DNA of 64,000 bases from Raillietiella orientalis (lineage: Eukaryota): positions 124,001 through 188,000 of the forward strand of contig JAYWIR010000049.1 in NCBI GenBank assembly GCA_036172245.1, read 5' to 3'. This document shows positions 10,964 to 21,363 of this stretch, piece by piece. Position 1 is the first letter of the stretch; the number at the start of each line of letters is the position of its first letter. The notes below the pieces were generated by a model, which saw only the letters and a program-made list of their open reading frames with translations, was not told the origin of the DNA and searched no databases. The translations under genes and the position numbers were made by a program.

Positions 10964-13900
10964 CACCTGGGCTCGCCAGTCGCCGTCGGATTCCCGCCGC
11001 CTGTTATAACGTCAACGGGCTGCGTGACGACGGTAACAGGCGAGATACGGCCGACACCCTGCGTGAGCTCGACCTGGCCCTGCTGCAGGAGATCCACGTG
11101 ATCACCGCGGCAGACGCCCAGGAGATCGAGACGATCGCGGGGGGCCGGTTGTATTGGCGGTGCGGCCTCCGCAATACCTGAGGGGTCGCGTTCTTCGTGA
11201 AGCCGGCCATCGACGCGGCCGTGAAGGGCGTGCGCTTCGATGACGACGGTCGGGTCGGTCAGCTGATTCTCTGCTGGTCCGACTCGATCGAATTGATCGT
11301 CACGAATGTGTACGCCCCCAGCGGTAAACAGGGATACAGCAACCGTACCAGGCTGCTCGATTCCCTGAAGCGCGACTGGCTGGCGGACACGAACGTGCGG
11401 AAGGCTCACCTGATAGCGGAAGATTTCAATCTCCGTCTGCTAACAGGTGAGCCAGAAACACTAGAGAACGCGATGAACGTGTTGTGCGCCGCCATGCGTG
11501 CGCGCAACTTGTTCGCGGGTGAGAGGGGAATGGTCCGCAGCATCGACCACGTCTTCCTCGACGCTGACCTGTGTTCACGGGTCGGCAAACGGGGGAGGGT
11601 TGCGTCGACGTTGTCGGACCATTCCCGGTTAATTTTCGAGATGCGGCCTCGTGACAAGGGACCGCCATCCAGGGATTGGCGTCTGCCGGGGGAATGGACG
11701 CGACTCTCAGGTGCGAAGGAATACCTTCGCGAATACCTGAGAGGTTTCACGCTCCGGAATCTCCAGGACTGGGACCTTTTTAAGGAATCGGTCCTCGAGT
11801 TCTGTGAGCAGTTCCCCCTGGATCGTCTGCCCCCCGGATTCGACGAGGGTGCTCGCAACTATCAGGCCTATTTACAGGCTCGTAGGTACGAGAGAACACC
11901 TAATGTCCGTCGCCTGGCCGAGTACTGCGCCGGGGCCGAACGCCAAGCCTGGGAATCCGGGTCGGCCAGCTTGCTGGACGACCAGGGCCTGGAATGTTCT
12001 TCCCCGGCGTCGGTACGGCATCTCGTGCGGAGTTTCTATTCCTCCCTTTACGCCAGGGAGCCCCCAGATCGAAACGCCTCTCGGCGCTTGCTTCCGGATG
12101 GCGCCCCGGCAATAGAGGAGGAGGAGATGGAAAGCCTCGACGAGCCTTTTACCACCGGCGAAATTCTCGGCGGTATCAAACGGCTCAAGAGGCGTAAAGC
12201 TCCAGGGGAAGACGGCTTGCCCGCGGAGTTCTTTCAGAGCTTCGCGGAAGAGCTGGCACCGCTGCTGCTTAAGTTGATCAGGCTGATGCGAGACGAAGGC
12301 GATGTTCCCTTCTCGTTTCGGTCAGCCAGAGTGAGGCTCCAGCCGAAAGGGGGAGACCTCAGGGATTTAAAGAACTGGCGTCCGATCACGATCGTGAATA
12401 CGGACGCCAAGTTGATCGCAGGGCTATGAACTTCGCGTCTGGGGCAGGTGGCAGAATCCGTAATTAGCCCGGAGCAGACTTATGCTGTTCCCGGGCGAAG
12501 TATGGATGCCAACCTCTTCTTCGCAAGGACATGGGTGCACCTGCAGAGAAGAGAGAAGAAAGGGATAGGGAAAGTCGGCAACCCCACATTGGGGCCGCCA
12601 GCCGGGCTGGGAAGGGACCCCCGGGCGGGGAAGGGAACCCTAGCGCTCGCAGTCGATCTCCACAAGGCGTTCGACTGTGTAGACCAGGAACTTCTCTTGG
12701 AGCTCCAGGGTCGCATGGGCATTTTACCCTCCCTGATTTCCTACCTGTGCTCTTGCTGGCGGAATGCGATAATTACCGTCTCATTCAGCGGTCACAAGGT
12801 GCATGGCATGCCGGGGCGGCGGGGCATAAGGCAGGGCGATAGCCTCAGCCCCCTGCCCTTCAGCACCTTCTTTGAGTTGGTGCTGAGAGCGTACAGGGTG
12901 ACCCTGGCCCCATTGCCGAGCTTGTGCCCCGGCACGTCCGCCGTTGCAGCGTACGTCGATGATCTTCTGCTCTTGTTGCCAATGTCCTCCCCGGCTAAGG
13001 CGGTCGGAGACTTCTTCGATCTGCTCAGCCGCGGGACCGGACTGCAGGTTAACAGGGCGAAGTCGTCGGTTGTGCCAATAGGTGCGGCGTGGGCAGGACA
13101 GCAGGACTGGTTCCGTCTGGGGAACCCTCGGCGAGGTGCTTCAAGTACCTTGGTGTGCCGTTGGGGGTCTACTCCCCAGCGGAAGCGTGGTCCAGCTGCC
13201 TCCAAAAAGTCGAAACGGCGATCGGCCCGTTTCTGGAAGGCAAGTTTCACTTGCCGGAACGGGCCGCGGTTTGGAACGCCTTCGCGGCCCCCATCCTCCG
13301 CCCCTTGCTTTTTGTTTGCCCCCCCACCGTGGAATCCAAGAAGAGGACGAAGGACCTCCTCCGTATCGCCCTTTGGGGCAAGGGGAGGCCCTGAGTCCCA
13401 CTGAAGGACTTGTGCGCTCCGCGTCGGGACGGCGGTCTTGGCCTCCTGACGCTGGAGCGCGTGGAGAAGCAGCTGCGGTGGCGAACCCTCGCCATCGCAG
13501 CGAAGATGTGGAGCACCCCTTGGTGCACTCCGGCCCGCCTCCTGGCCAGCCGTGTGTCCCGGTGCGATGGACTCGCTTCTTTTCTTCTCAGCCGTGGCCG
13601 GAAGATGCGAAGATGCGGCCTACTGCTCGGGCGCATGGCAACATTGGCCAAGGAGAACAGCTGGATGGTTTGCTGCCCCGCCAACTCCCCCGCCAGGCTG
13701 GAGGAGAATATTCGAACGTGGGCAGTAGTTAACCAGAGAAGCCACGAGACCTGGACTCGTCTCCGATGCAGCCCCTACGCCCGCTGCACGCTGCGGAATC
13801 TCCTGGAGAGTCCAGCAACATGCACGTGGGCAGAGACGACCTGCCTAGTTACGGCGCTACCCTTCCTAAGGAGGGCACTTCACAGCACCCGGACGCCAAG

Positions 13901-14548
13901 GTGGCAAGTCTCCTGCTGCATCGAGGGACGCGAGAAGTTGATCAGCGGCTGCACCACAGCAGAACTGGCCGACGCCACGACCCCGAGCGTCCTGCCGCGA
14001 GGATTATTAAGATGGGGCGAGCTGCTCGCCATCCCCAGGGATGAGCTGAAGTGGCCTTCGGTGATGAAGGAATCCAGGATCCTGCCACTCAAGTGGCAAG
14101 AGTCGGCGTTGCTTTTGTTGCACTGGGGTCTACCCTGCAACACGCGCCGCTTCCACTGGACGAGGGGAGCTGTGGATCCTGCATGTGCCAGGTGCGGGGA
14201 GCGGGAGTCGCTTCCCCACCTTATTGTGGATTGTGCTGCCCTCCGACCCCTTTGGGAACGGTTCGGGACGACCCTCGGTCTCCCCACGGGCAGCACCCCC
14301 AGAGACGTTCTTCGGCCCCTCTTCCTGAAGGACGCACTGCAGCCATCGCAGCCTTGTGCTGCGTCCGTGGCATCGTGGGGACATGGAGCGACGCCAACTA
14401 CGAAGGAGTGGGTCCACAGGCGAGGGATGTCATCCCGTATGCCAAACGCTTCTTTCGAAGAGCTGCCGGATGGCCCCAGCTGGGGAATATGCAGACTGAC
14501 CTCGAGGGCTTTGTTCGACGGATGGGCCCTCCCCACAGCGACCAGTGA
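10963..14548 (+). pseudogene. B1 ORF2 (APE-RT), disrupted, no AUG at the expected start
   Basis: YNVNGL, LQEIH, NVYAP, EDFN, LSDH, WRPI, DLHKAFD, QGDSLSP, YVDD, CARCGERESLPHLIVDC. Confidence 0.9.
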
Positions 14549-14753
14549 TCCCTTCCCTGCCCTACAAATTCTTTTTGTTTGTTTCTTTTTATTTTACTTT
14601 TTGTCTTATCCCCATCCCCCTTCGCTGTCGGGGAGTGCCACGCCGGGCTGCGTCCCGGTGTCCCGACAGGTCCTGTGTTTACGGCCGTGGTGGGGCCTTG
14701 TACCACGCATGTAAAGTTTATTAATAAACGCCCCAGGCGTACCCGGGTGATAA

Positions 14754-14878
14754 CACCGAAGCCCGGAGGAAGACGTTCCAGGGGAAACTGGTCGCAAAAC
14801 TCACGGACTGAGCACTTCATTTCGTCCCAGTCCGCGAGCGTCTGAAGCTGGAATCCTCGCAGGAAACAGCGTAGGTGT
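14754..14878 (-). mobile_element. LINE 'H', short upstream fragment, cut at ~14878
   Basis: EHLRCFLRGFQLQTLADWDEMKCSVREFCDQFPLERLPPGFG on the minus strand. Confidence 0.85.
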
Positions 14879-15937
14879 TCCTGCAGGAGACAGCTGACAC
14901 GTGGGCGAAGATTAATGGAAAGAATGAAGAGCTGTGGAACTGCCTGCGACGCGGCGCCTATTCCCGCTGCACTCTGCGAAAGATACTCCAGTGTCCAGCG
15001 AGAAGCACGTGGGCAGAGACAACCCCCCTACCTACGGCGATGCCCTTCCTGAGGAGGGCGCTCTCCAGCAGCCGCAAGCCTAGGTGGCAAGTCTCCTGCC
15101 GCATCGCAGGCAAGGAGAAGTTGATCAGCGGCTGGTCCACGGGTAAACTGGCGGACGCCAGTACCCCTAGTGTCCAGCCGAGAGGACTGCAGAGATGGGG
15201 CAAGCTACTCGGCATCCAGCCGGATGACCTGAAGTGGCCCCCGGTATTAATTCGATCTAGGATCCTCCCCCTGAAGTGGCAGGAGTCGGCGCTTCTGTTG
15301 TTGCATTGGGGTCTACCCTGCAACGCACGCCGCCACTACTGAACCAGGGGCCGTGTAGATCCTACTTGCATCAGGTGTAAGGAACGGGAAACTCTCCCCC
15401 ACCTCCTTGTTGATTGTGCTGCCCTCCGACCCCTGTGGGAACGTCTTCGTGCCTCCCTACGTATCCTGGAGGGCAGCCAGCCCAGAGACGTTTTTCGGCT
15501 TCTGTTCTTGCATGATGCCCTGCGTCCAGCAGCTGCCCTGGCTGCACTTTGCTGCGTACGCGGGATTGTGACGCGCTGGAGCATCGTCGGAAGACCGAAT
15601 CACGACAGGGATGCCGTCGTACTTGCAGTCCGCTACTCGCGGATTGTGACCAGATGGCCCCACCTGGAGATTATATGGACGGACCTCAAGGGCATCCTGC
15701 GAAGGGTGGACCCTCCTCTCAGTAATCAGTGATCCCACCCCAACCCTCCCAAATCTTTTTGTTTTTATGTTTTATTTTTCTTTTTGTTTTTCCCCCACCC
15801 CCTTCCGCTGCCGAGGAGAGTCGCGCCGGTCTGCGTACCGGCGACCCGGCAGGTCCAGTTGAGTTGGCCGTAGTGGGGCCTCGTACCACGAATTATAGAG
15901 AATTTATAATAAACGCCCCGGCGTGACCGGGTGGCAA
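14879..15937 (+). mobile_element. LINE 'C', 3' fragment with complete 3' UTR
   Basis: LKWQESALLLLHWGLPCNARRH, CIRCKERETLPHLLVDC; ends aataaacgccccggcgtgaccgggtggcaa. Confidence 0.9.
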
Positions 15938-18900
15938 CAATCAACTTGGCGTCCGCATTCACTATTGCGATGGGACCCCAGTTGTTCATGCTCCTCAGAT
16001 CTCCTCCCATAGGGACGAGCCGCACCTTTGCCGAACGAAACCAGGCGGGAACGTCACCTGTTTCGCGTATCAGCAAGGGGAGTTGCTGTACCAGGTGGGT
16101 AAGCTCAGACGCGAAAGTTTGATAAAACTCATCGGGCAGGCCGTCCTATCCTGGAGCCTTTCGCCTCTTGAGCTTTCCGATGACCGAGAGGATCTCGTCC
16201 ATCGTAGAAGGCTCGTCGAAGGTCTTTCTCTGCTCCTCTTCGATCGCTGGAGCGCCTTCCGGAAGCAGGAGTCGTGAGACGTTCCTCTCCGGAGGTGCCC
16301 TGGCATTCAGGGAGGAGTAGTAACTCCGCAGCAGGCCGCGGATTTGGGCAGGTGCCGAGTGCTCCTGGCCCTGATCGTCCAGTAAGCTGGCCAATCCGGA
16401 CTGCCAGGCTTGCCTCTCTGCTCCCGCTTTGTATTCCGAAAGCCTGCGGATGTCGGGGGTCCTAACGTAACGACGGGCCTGCAGGTAGGCTCGTTCGTTA
16501 CGGACCCCGGTCCCAAAACCCGTAGGTAGGCGGTGCAGAGGAAACTGGTCGCAGAACTCCTGGACCGACCGCTTGAAGCGGTCCCAATCCTGGAGTGTCC
16601 GCAGCATGAAGCTCCGTATGAACGTGCGGAGATGTTCCGCCGCGTCCGGGAGCTTCAGTCAGTCCCCTGGGAGACGCCACGCTGACGAGGGGGGGCCCCT
16701 GTCGCGCGGATGGATCTCGAGGACTAGCGGGCGATGGTCGGACAGCTCGCACGGTAACTTGCCGCGCCTGCCCACGCGAAGGCACAGGTGCTCGTCAAGA
16801 AACACGTGGTCAATGCTGTCTTCCATCCCCGGTGCACTGGCCAACAAATTACAGGTGTGCACCGCCATGCACACCTCGTTGACCAGGTCACGCTCGGGAT
16901 TCTGCTCATCTGGTTTCAGGCGAACGTTGAAATCGCCTGCAACCAGATGGGCATTCCACACGCCTGCTTCGGTCAGCCAGTCTCGCCGGAGGGCAAGGAA
17001 AAACTCTTTCCTCGCCCTCCTGTTCATCAGGTCCTTGCCGCTCGGTGCGTACACGTTCGTGACGATCAGATCGATCGAGTCGGACCACCTGAGAGTCAGC
17101 TGGCCTACACGATCGTGATCGTCGAACCGTACGCCGTGAGCCGCGGCCCCGACGGCTGGCCGAAGCAGCTAGGCGACACCGCAACTTTTCGCTCTCCCAC
17201 ACCTGTACAATAGCCGCCCTCTGGAGATCCCGTCGATCTCTTGCGCTTGTTCTGCAGAGATCACGTGGATCTCCTGCAGCAGCGCAAGGTCGTAGGAATC
17301 CAGAAGGGCGGATATGTCTCGTCTTCTGCCGGCGTCTGTCATGCCGTTCACGTTTCAAACGGCGATGCGGAGACGACGGCGGGAGGAGATTCCCGGCATT
17401 ACTGCTGGGAAGATTAAGGTGTCGGGGAGCCCTCCTCTTGCGAGGCGGGCAAGATGTCCATGGGGGTTTCGGCCTTCTCAGGCACCTGAGGCACCTGTTC
17501 GGCCTCCACCCCCTCCATCTCCTCCGTGTCCGTGCGTGGGAGTCTCTCGGGCGACGGGTGCCGAGAGTTTCCCACGCTCATGGCACCCTCGCTTGCGGAA
17601 GCCATCTCTTCCCCTTCGCTGGGGAGACGAGCTTCCTTGGCTTTGTAGACTTACGTCCAGCCTTCTTGCAAGGTGCCGTGGAAACGGAGGCTGCGCTTCC
17701 GGCCTCCACCTCGGGGTCGGTAGTGGGGGACTCCTGAGGGAAGGCCGGAATCCTTACGGCCTTCTTGCCAGCCTTGGAGGGTTCTGGCTGCAACAAGGCT
17801 GCCAGCTCTTCCGCGGCTCGCGCGAAGGCTACGTGATCGATGGTGGTGTCGATGACGGACGCCGCCGCCGGCTCGCTCCCCTCGCTGTTGACTGTGTCAA
17901 CAGAGGGGAGGTCGTCGGTAGCGGCGAATTCTTTCCGGCAGCGTTCGGCAACATCGAGAACGCGTTCGACAACGACGCTGCACTCTTTAATTATCGCGCT
18001 ACTCTGCTCTTTCTTCTTCTGTTGGTAGGCGATTTTCGTTTCCATCCTTCTCTCCTTCTTTGATTTTTTGGCCGTTGCCACTTGCCACCCAGTCTCCTGG
18101 CCGGCTCCCTCAACTTTTTCGGCGTTGGTTGCCGGGGTCTCGGGTGCGACCTGGGTCTTGGGCGCGGGTGGCACAGCCTTCGCGGCAACTTTCGCCGTCA
18201 GTCTTATCTGCAGAAGCCGGGCGCGTTTTTTAAGGTTTCTCTTGGAAACCACCCGCACTGCTGCTTTTGGGCACACCTCCCTCGTGTGGCCCATTCTGCC
18301 GCATACTTGGCACTGCACATTGGGACACCTCTTTTTGAGGTGGCCCGACGTATTGCAGAAGCCACAGTATTTCGGCTTCCCCACATACCAGAGGTCGACG
18401 GTTTCGCCTTCGACCACCAGTTTGTGGGGAAGAGTGCAGCCTTCCCGAACGGTCACGCGCGCAGCAGTGAGGCCGTGTTGCAGCCCCGTGTAGTCGTCGA
18501 AAGGACTTACTTTCTTCCACTGCGCGTGGACCGTTCCGAACTGTTCCAAAGCGGCGCGAACCTGTTGTTTGCGCATTGGCGCGGTCACGCCTAACAGGTG
18601 GTCCACCATGCTGCGGTCCGCCGTACTGGGGAGAAGCCTGCGCGTCCCCATCACAACGGGGGTTTTAAGCAGTCGTTGGGCCAGCTCTGGATGTTTGCAG
18701 ATGACCTCAACGTACTGACCCCCGCTGCGGATGGTCAGAGCGCTAAGCTCCTCCTCTTTCACATCGAGAGCGCGCATGCCCTTCGAGAAGGCGCACGCGC
18801 TCTCTAAAAAATATAAATTGCCTACCTTGTAGAACAATGAAGGGTTGTACCCCTCTTCCACATAGGCCGACAATTCCGCCGCGGCTGCAGGCAATGGCGC

Positions 18901-19167
18901 CGACACAACGGCGTTCCACGCCCGCGCTGCAGCGGAGACCGATTCTGTGGGGGCGGATGCCCCCACCTCCATCGCCTCTGGGGGCGGCGGCAACGTCGCC
19001 CCCAGGCTCTCCATCGCCTCTAGGGGCGGCGTTGCCGCTGCCCCCTGGCCATCCCTGGTGGTCGCGTCAGGCATCGCTGCCTGATCGACCACCGAACCAC
19101 ACGACGCTTGCACTGGGGGAGATTTCCTGGCACGAGGAGCACCGAGAAAACACGTCCACCCTGGAGC
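15938..19167 (-). mobile_element. LINE 'A2', 5' 3.2 kb of a family A copy, interrupted by C
   Basis: Closely similar to A1 2708-~5930; same 5' start gctccagggtgg; contains ORF1, APE and the start of RT. Confidence 0.95.
17578..19074 (-). CDS. A2 ORF1, open (~498 aa), two CCHC knuckles
   Basis: Uninterrupted frame from MPDATTRD to LPQARVP*. Confidence 0.85.
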   Translation of the reverse strand: MPDATTRDGQGAAATPPLEAMESLGATLPPPPEAMEVGASAPTESVSAAARAWNAVVSAPLPAAAAELSAYVEEGYNPSLFYKVGNLYFLESACAFSKGMRALDVKEEELSALTIRSGGQYVEVICKHPELAQRLLKTPVVMGTRRLLPSTADRSMVDHLLGVTAPMRKQQVRAALEQFGTVHAQWKKVSPFDDYTGLQHGLTAARVTVREGCTLPHKLVVEGETVDLWYVGKPKYCGFCNTSGHLKKRCPNVQCQVCGRMGHTREVCPKAAVRVVSKRNLKKRARLLQIRLTAKVAAKAVPPAPKTQVAPETPATNAEKVEGAGQETGWQVATAKKSKKERRMETKIAYQQKKKEQSSAIIKECSVVVERVLDVAERCRKEFAATDDLPSVDTVNSEGSEPAAASVIDTTIDHVAFARAAEELAALLQPEPSKAGKKAVRIPAFPQESPTTDPEVEAGSAASVSTAPCKKAGRKSTKPRKLVSPAKGKRWLPQARVP

Positions 19168-21363
19168 GCACAAGGCGTCCTACTGCGTGAACCAGAAGCT
19201 GTTCTTGGAGCTTATGGAACGCCTTGGGTTTCCGGCGCAACTCCTGCTGTATTTGCGCGCGTGCTGGCGCCACGCGCTAACCTGCATTACTTGCAGCGGC
19301 TGCCGCGTGTACGGTATTCCCGTGCGTAGGGCATCCGACAGGGCGACAGCTTAAGCCCGTTGCTCTTTAGCATCTTCTTCAAGTTGGTGCTGAGAGCGTA
19401 CAGGCTGACCCTGTCTCACTTGCCTTGCTGCTCTCCTGGTACGCCTGCCATTGCCGCCTACGCTGATGACCTGCTTCTTCTGCTCCCCATGTCCACTCCG
19501 GCGTCCAGTTTCGAGGATTTCTTCGACCTGATTCGTCGGGGGGCGGGCGTGAGCCTGAACAGAGAGAAGAGCGTGTTCGCTCCTGTGGGTGCGTCGAGGG
19601 AGGGGCAGTCCGACTGGATCCGCCTGGTCATCCCCACGGGCGGGTACTTTAAGTACCTTGGCGTTCTGTTGGGCGCTGTCGGCGCAGCCGATCCTTGGGC
19701 GGACTGTCTTCAGAAAGCAGAGTTGGCCATCAGTCCGTTCATTAACGGCAAGTTTACCCCTTAGGAACGGGCGACTATTGGAAACCCCTTCGTGGCCCCC
19801 CTCCTCCGTATTCTGTTTTTTGTTTTGGACCCCCCCTATGCGGCAAAACAGCGGTCTAAACGCTTGCTCAGGAACGCTCTCTAGGGTCCGGCGAGATCCA
19901 CGATCCGCGATAAAGATTTGGTTGCTCCGCGTCGGGATGCTGGTTTGGGTATCCTGACAATGGAGTGAATCTGCCTTCAGCTGCAGTTCCGACTGCTGGC
20001 ACTGTGTGCCCAGCTATAGACATCTCTCCTGTGTGTGCCAGCACGCATTCTCCTGCGGAGATGCGCCGGCAGCGGAGGATTTCTCTCGCTTTTGCCGAGC
20101 ACCCAATACAGGAAGCGTTGTTTTGGGTTTCCATTGCGGCAGTTGACCGCACTTCTGGAAGTTCATTCGTGGATCTCCTGCCGCCCAATGAACTTTGAAG
20201 CTTGAAGGGAGGAGTCTGTTGAATGCTGGGCGGCGTTCCAAGGAATACGCCCTGAATATCTTCGCTGCCTGCGCCAATTTTTTCCACGATCCTCGGAAGA
20301 AGTACTGCAGGACGAGGTGAAGTTTTCTACCCTGGCTTCCACGCTTCTTTCCGCAGCGCTGTATGCCCTTAGTGCAGGAAACGGCAGTTGCCAACCTGCG
20401 AGGTGGGAGGTTTCCTGCACGATAGCAAAAAAAACCAAACTCATTGGCGCCTTTAAGACGAGCGAGTTGGCGGACCGCGCCACTCCTCGTGTTACTTCAA
20501 AGGGACTCCTCCGGAGGGCACAAGAACTTGGAGTCACCCCCGAAGAACTTGTAGTCCCCCCACAGTGTGTCGACAGTTCGCTGCTCCCCCTTGCTTGGAA
20601 ACAAGCCGTGTTGCTTTTCGTTCACTGGGGTTTTCAGTGCAAAGAGTGTTGGCATCGTGACTCCGGGGACTTGCTTCTGCGAACTGCGTTCGGTGCGGAT
20701 CGACGGAGTCGATTTCGAACCTACTTCTGGACTACGGTGTCTTACAAGGACCGTGGCGCAGACTGGCAACAGAACTCTTGCATCCCGTGGACACCGCAAG
20801 AGACTTGCGGCGACGATTCTTCACGCCGAGCGTTCTGTGTATAAGCGCAAGGATTGCAATCATCGGTTGCATACGCGCGATAGTTTCCGTCCGCCAGGCG
20901 CTGATAATCAACAAGCAGCACCATGAGGTGATCGGCAAAGCATCTTCCTATATTTAAGGAGCCGCCAGATGCCCTCAATTGACCGAGGATACAAAAAGGG
21001 ATCTCGCTAGCATACGCCGGCGGTTTACAGACGCTACCCAACAGCTCACCCGGTGAACCTTTCCCCTCGCCCCCTTCAAATGTTTTTTTTTTTCACTTCC
21101 GCCCTATTAGGCTCCGGAACATTCTAGGTGCTCTTTATTTGAATCCCCGTGAGTACGGAACTTCACCAAAAACTCGTTACCCCTCTTTCCAAATTTAGAT
21201 TTTTGTTTGTTATCCTCCTATTCCCTCAGTGTTGTTGGAAGCGGTTTGTTAACCAGGCCTGTGTGCCGGTAACCTCTCTTTGCTCCTTGTCGTTTCTTTG
21301 GTTGAAGACATCGTCTTTGAGCGGTCTATTTTTAATAAACGCCCCAGCGTGACCGGGTGAAAA
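19168..21363 (+). mobile_element. LINE 'X', 3' half of a divergent, degraded family
   Basis: HKASYCVNQKLFLELMERLG, AYADD, FKYLGV, LAWKQAVLLFVHWG; ends aataaacgccccagcgtgaccgggtgaaaa. Confidence 0.88.

Larger units (their letters stand above)
9106..14753 (+). mobile_element. Full-length L1/Tx1-like LINE 'B1' (~5.6 kb), inserted antisense in H
   Basis: TSD caccgaa at 9099-9105 and 14754-14760; removing the element restores host RLPPGFGDGVR; ends aataaacgccccaggcgtacccgggtgataa. Confidence 0.93.
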
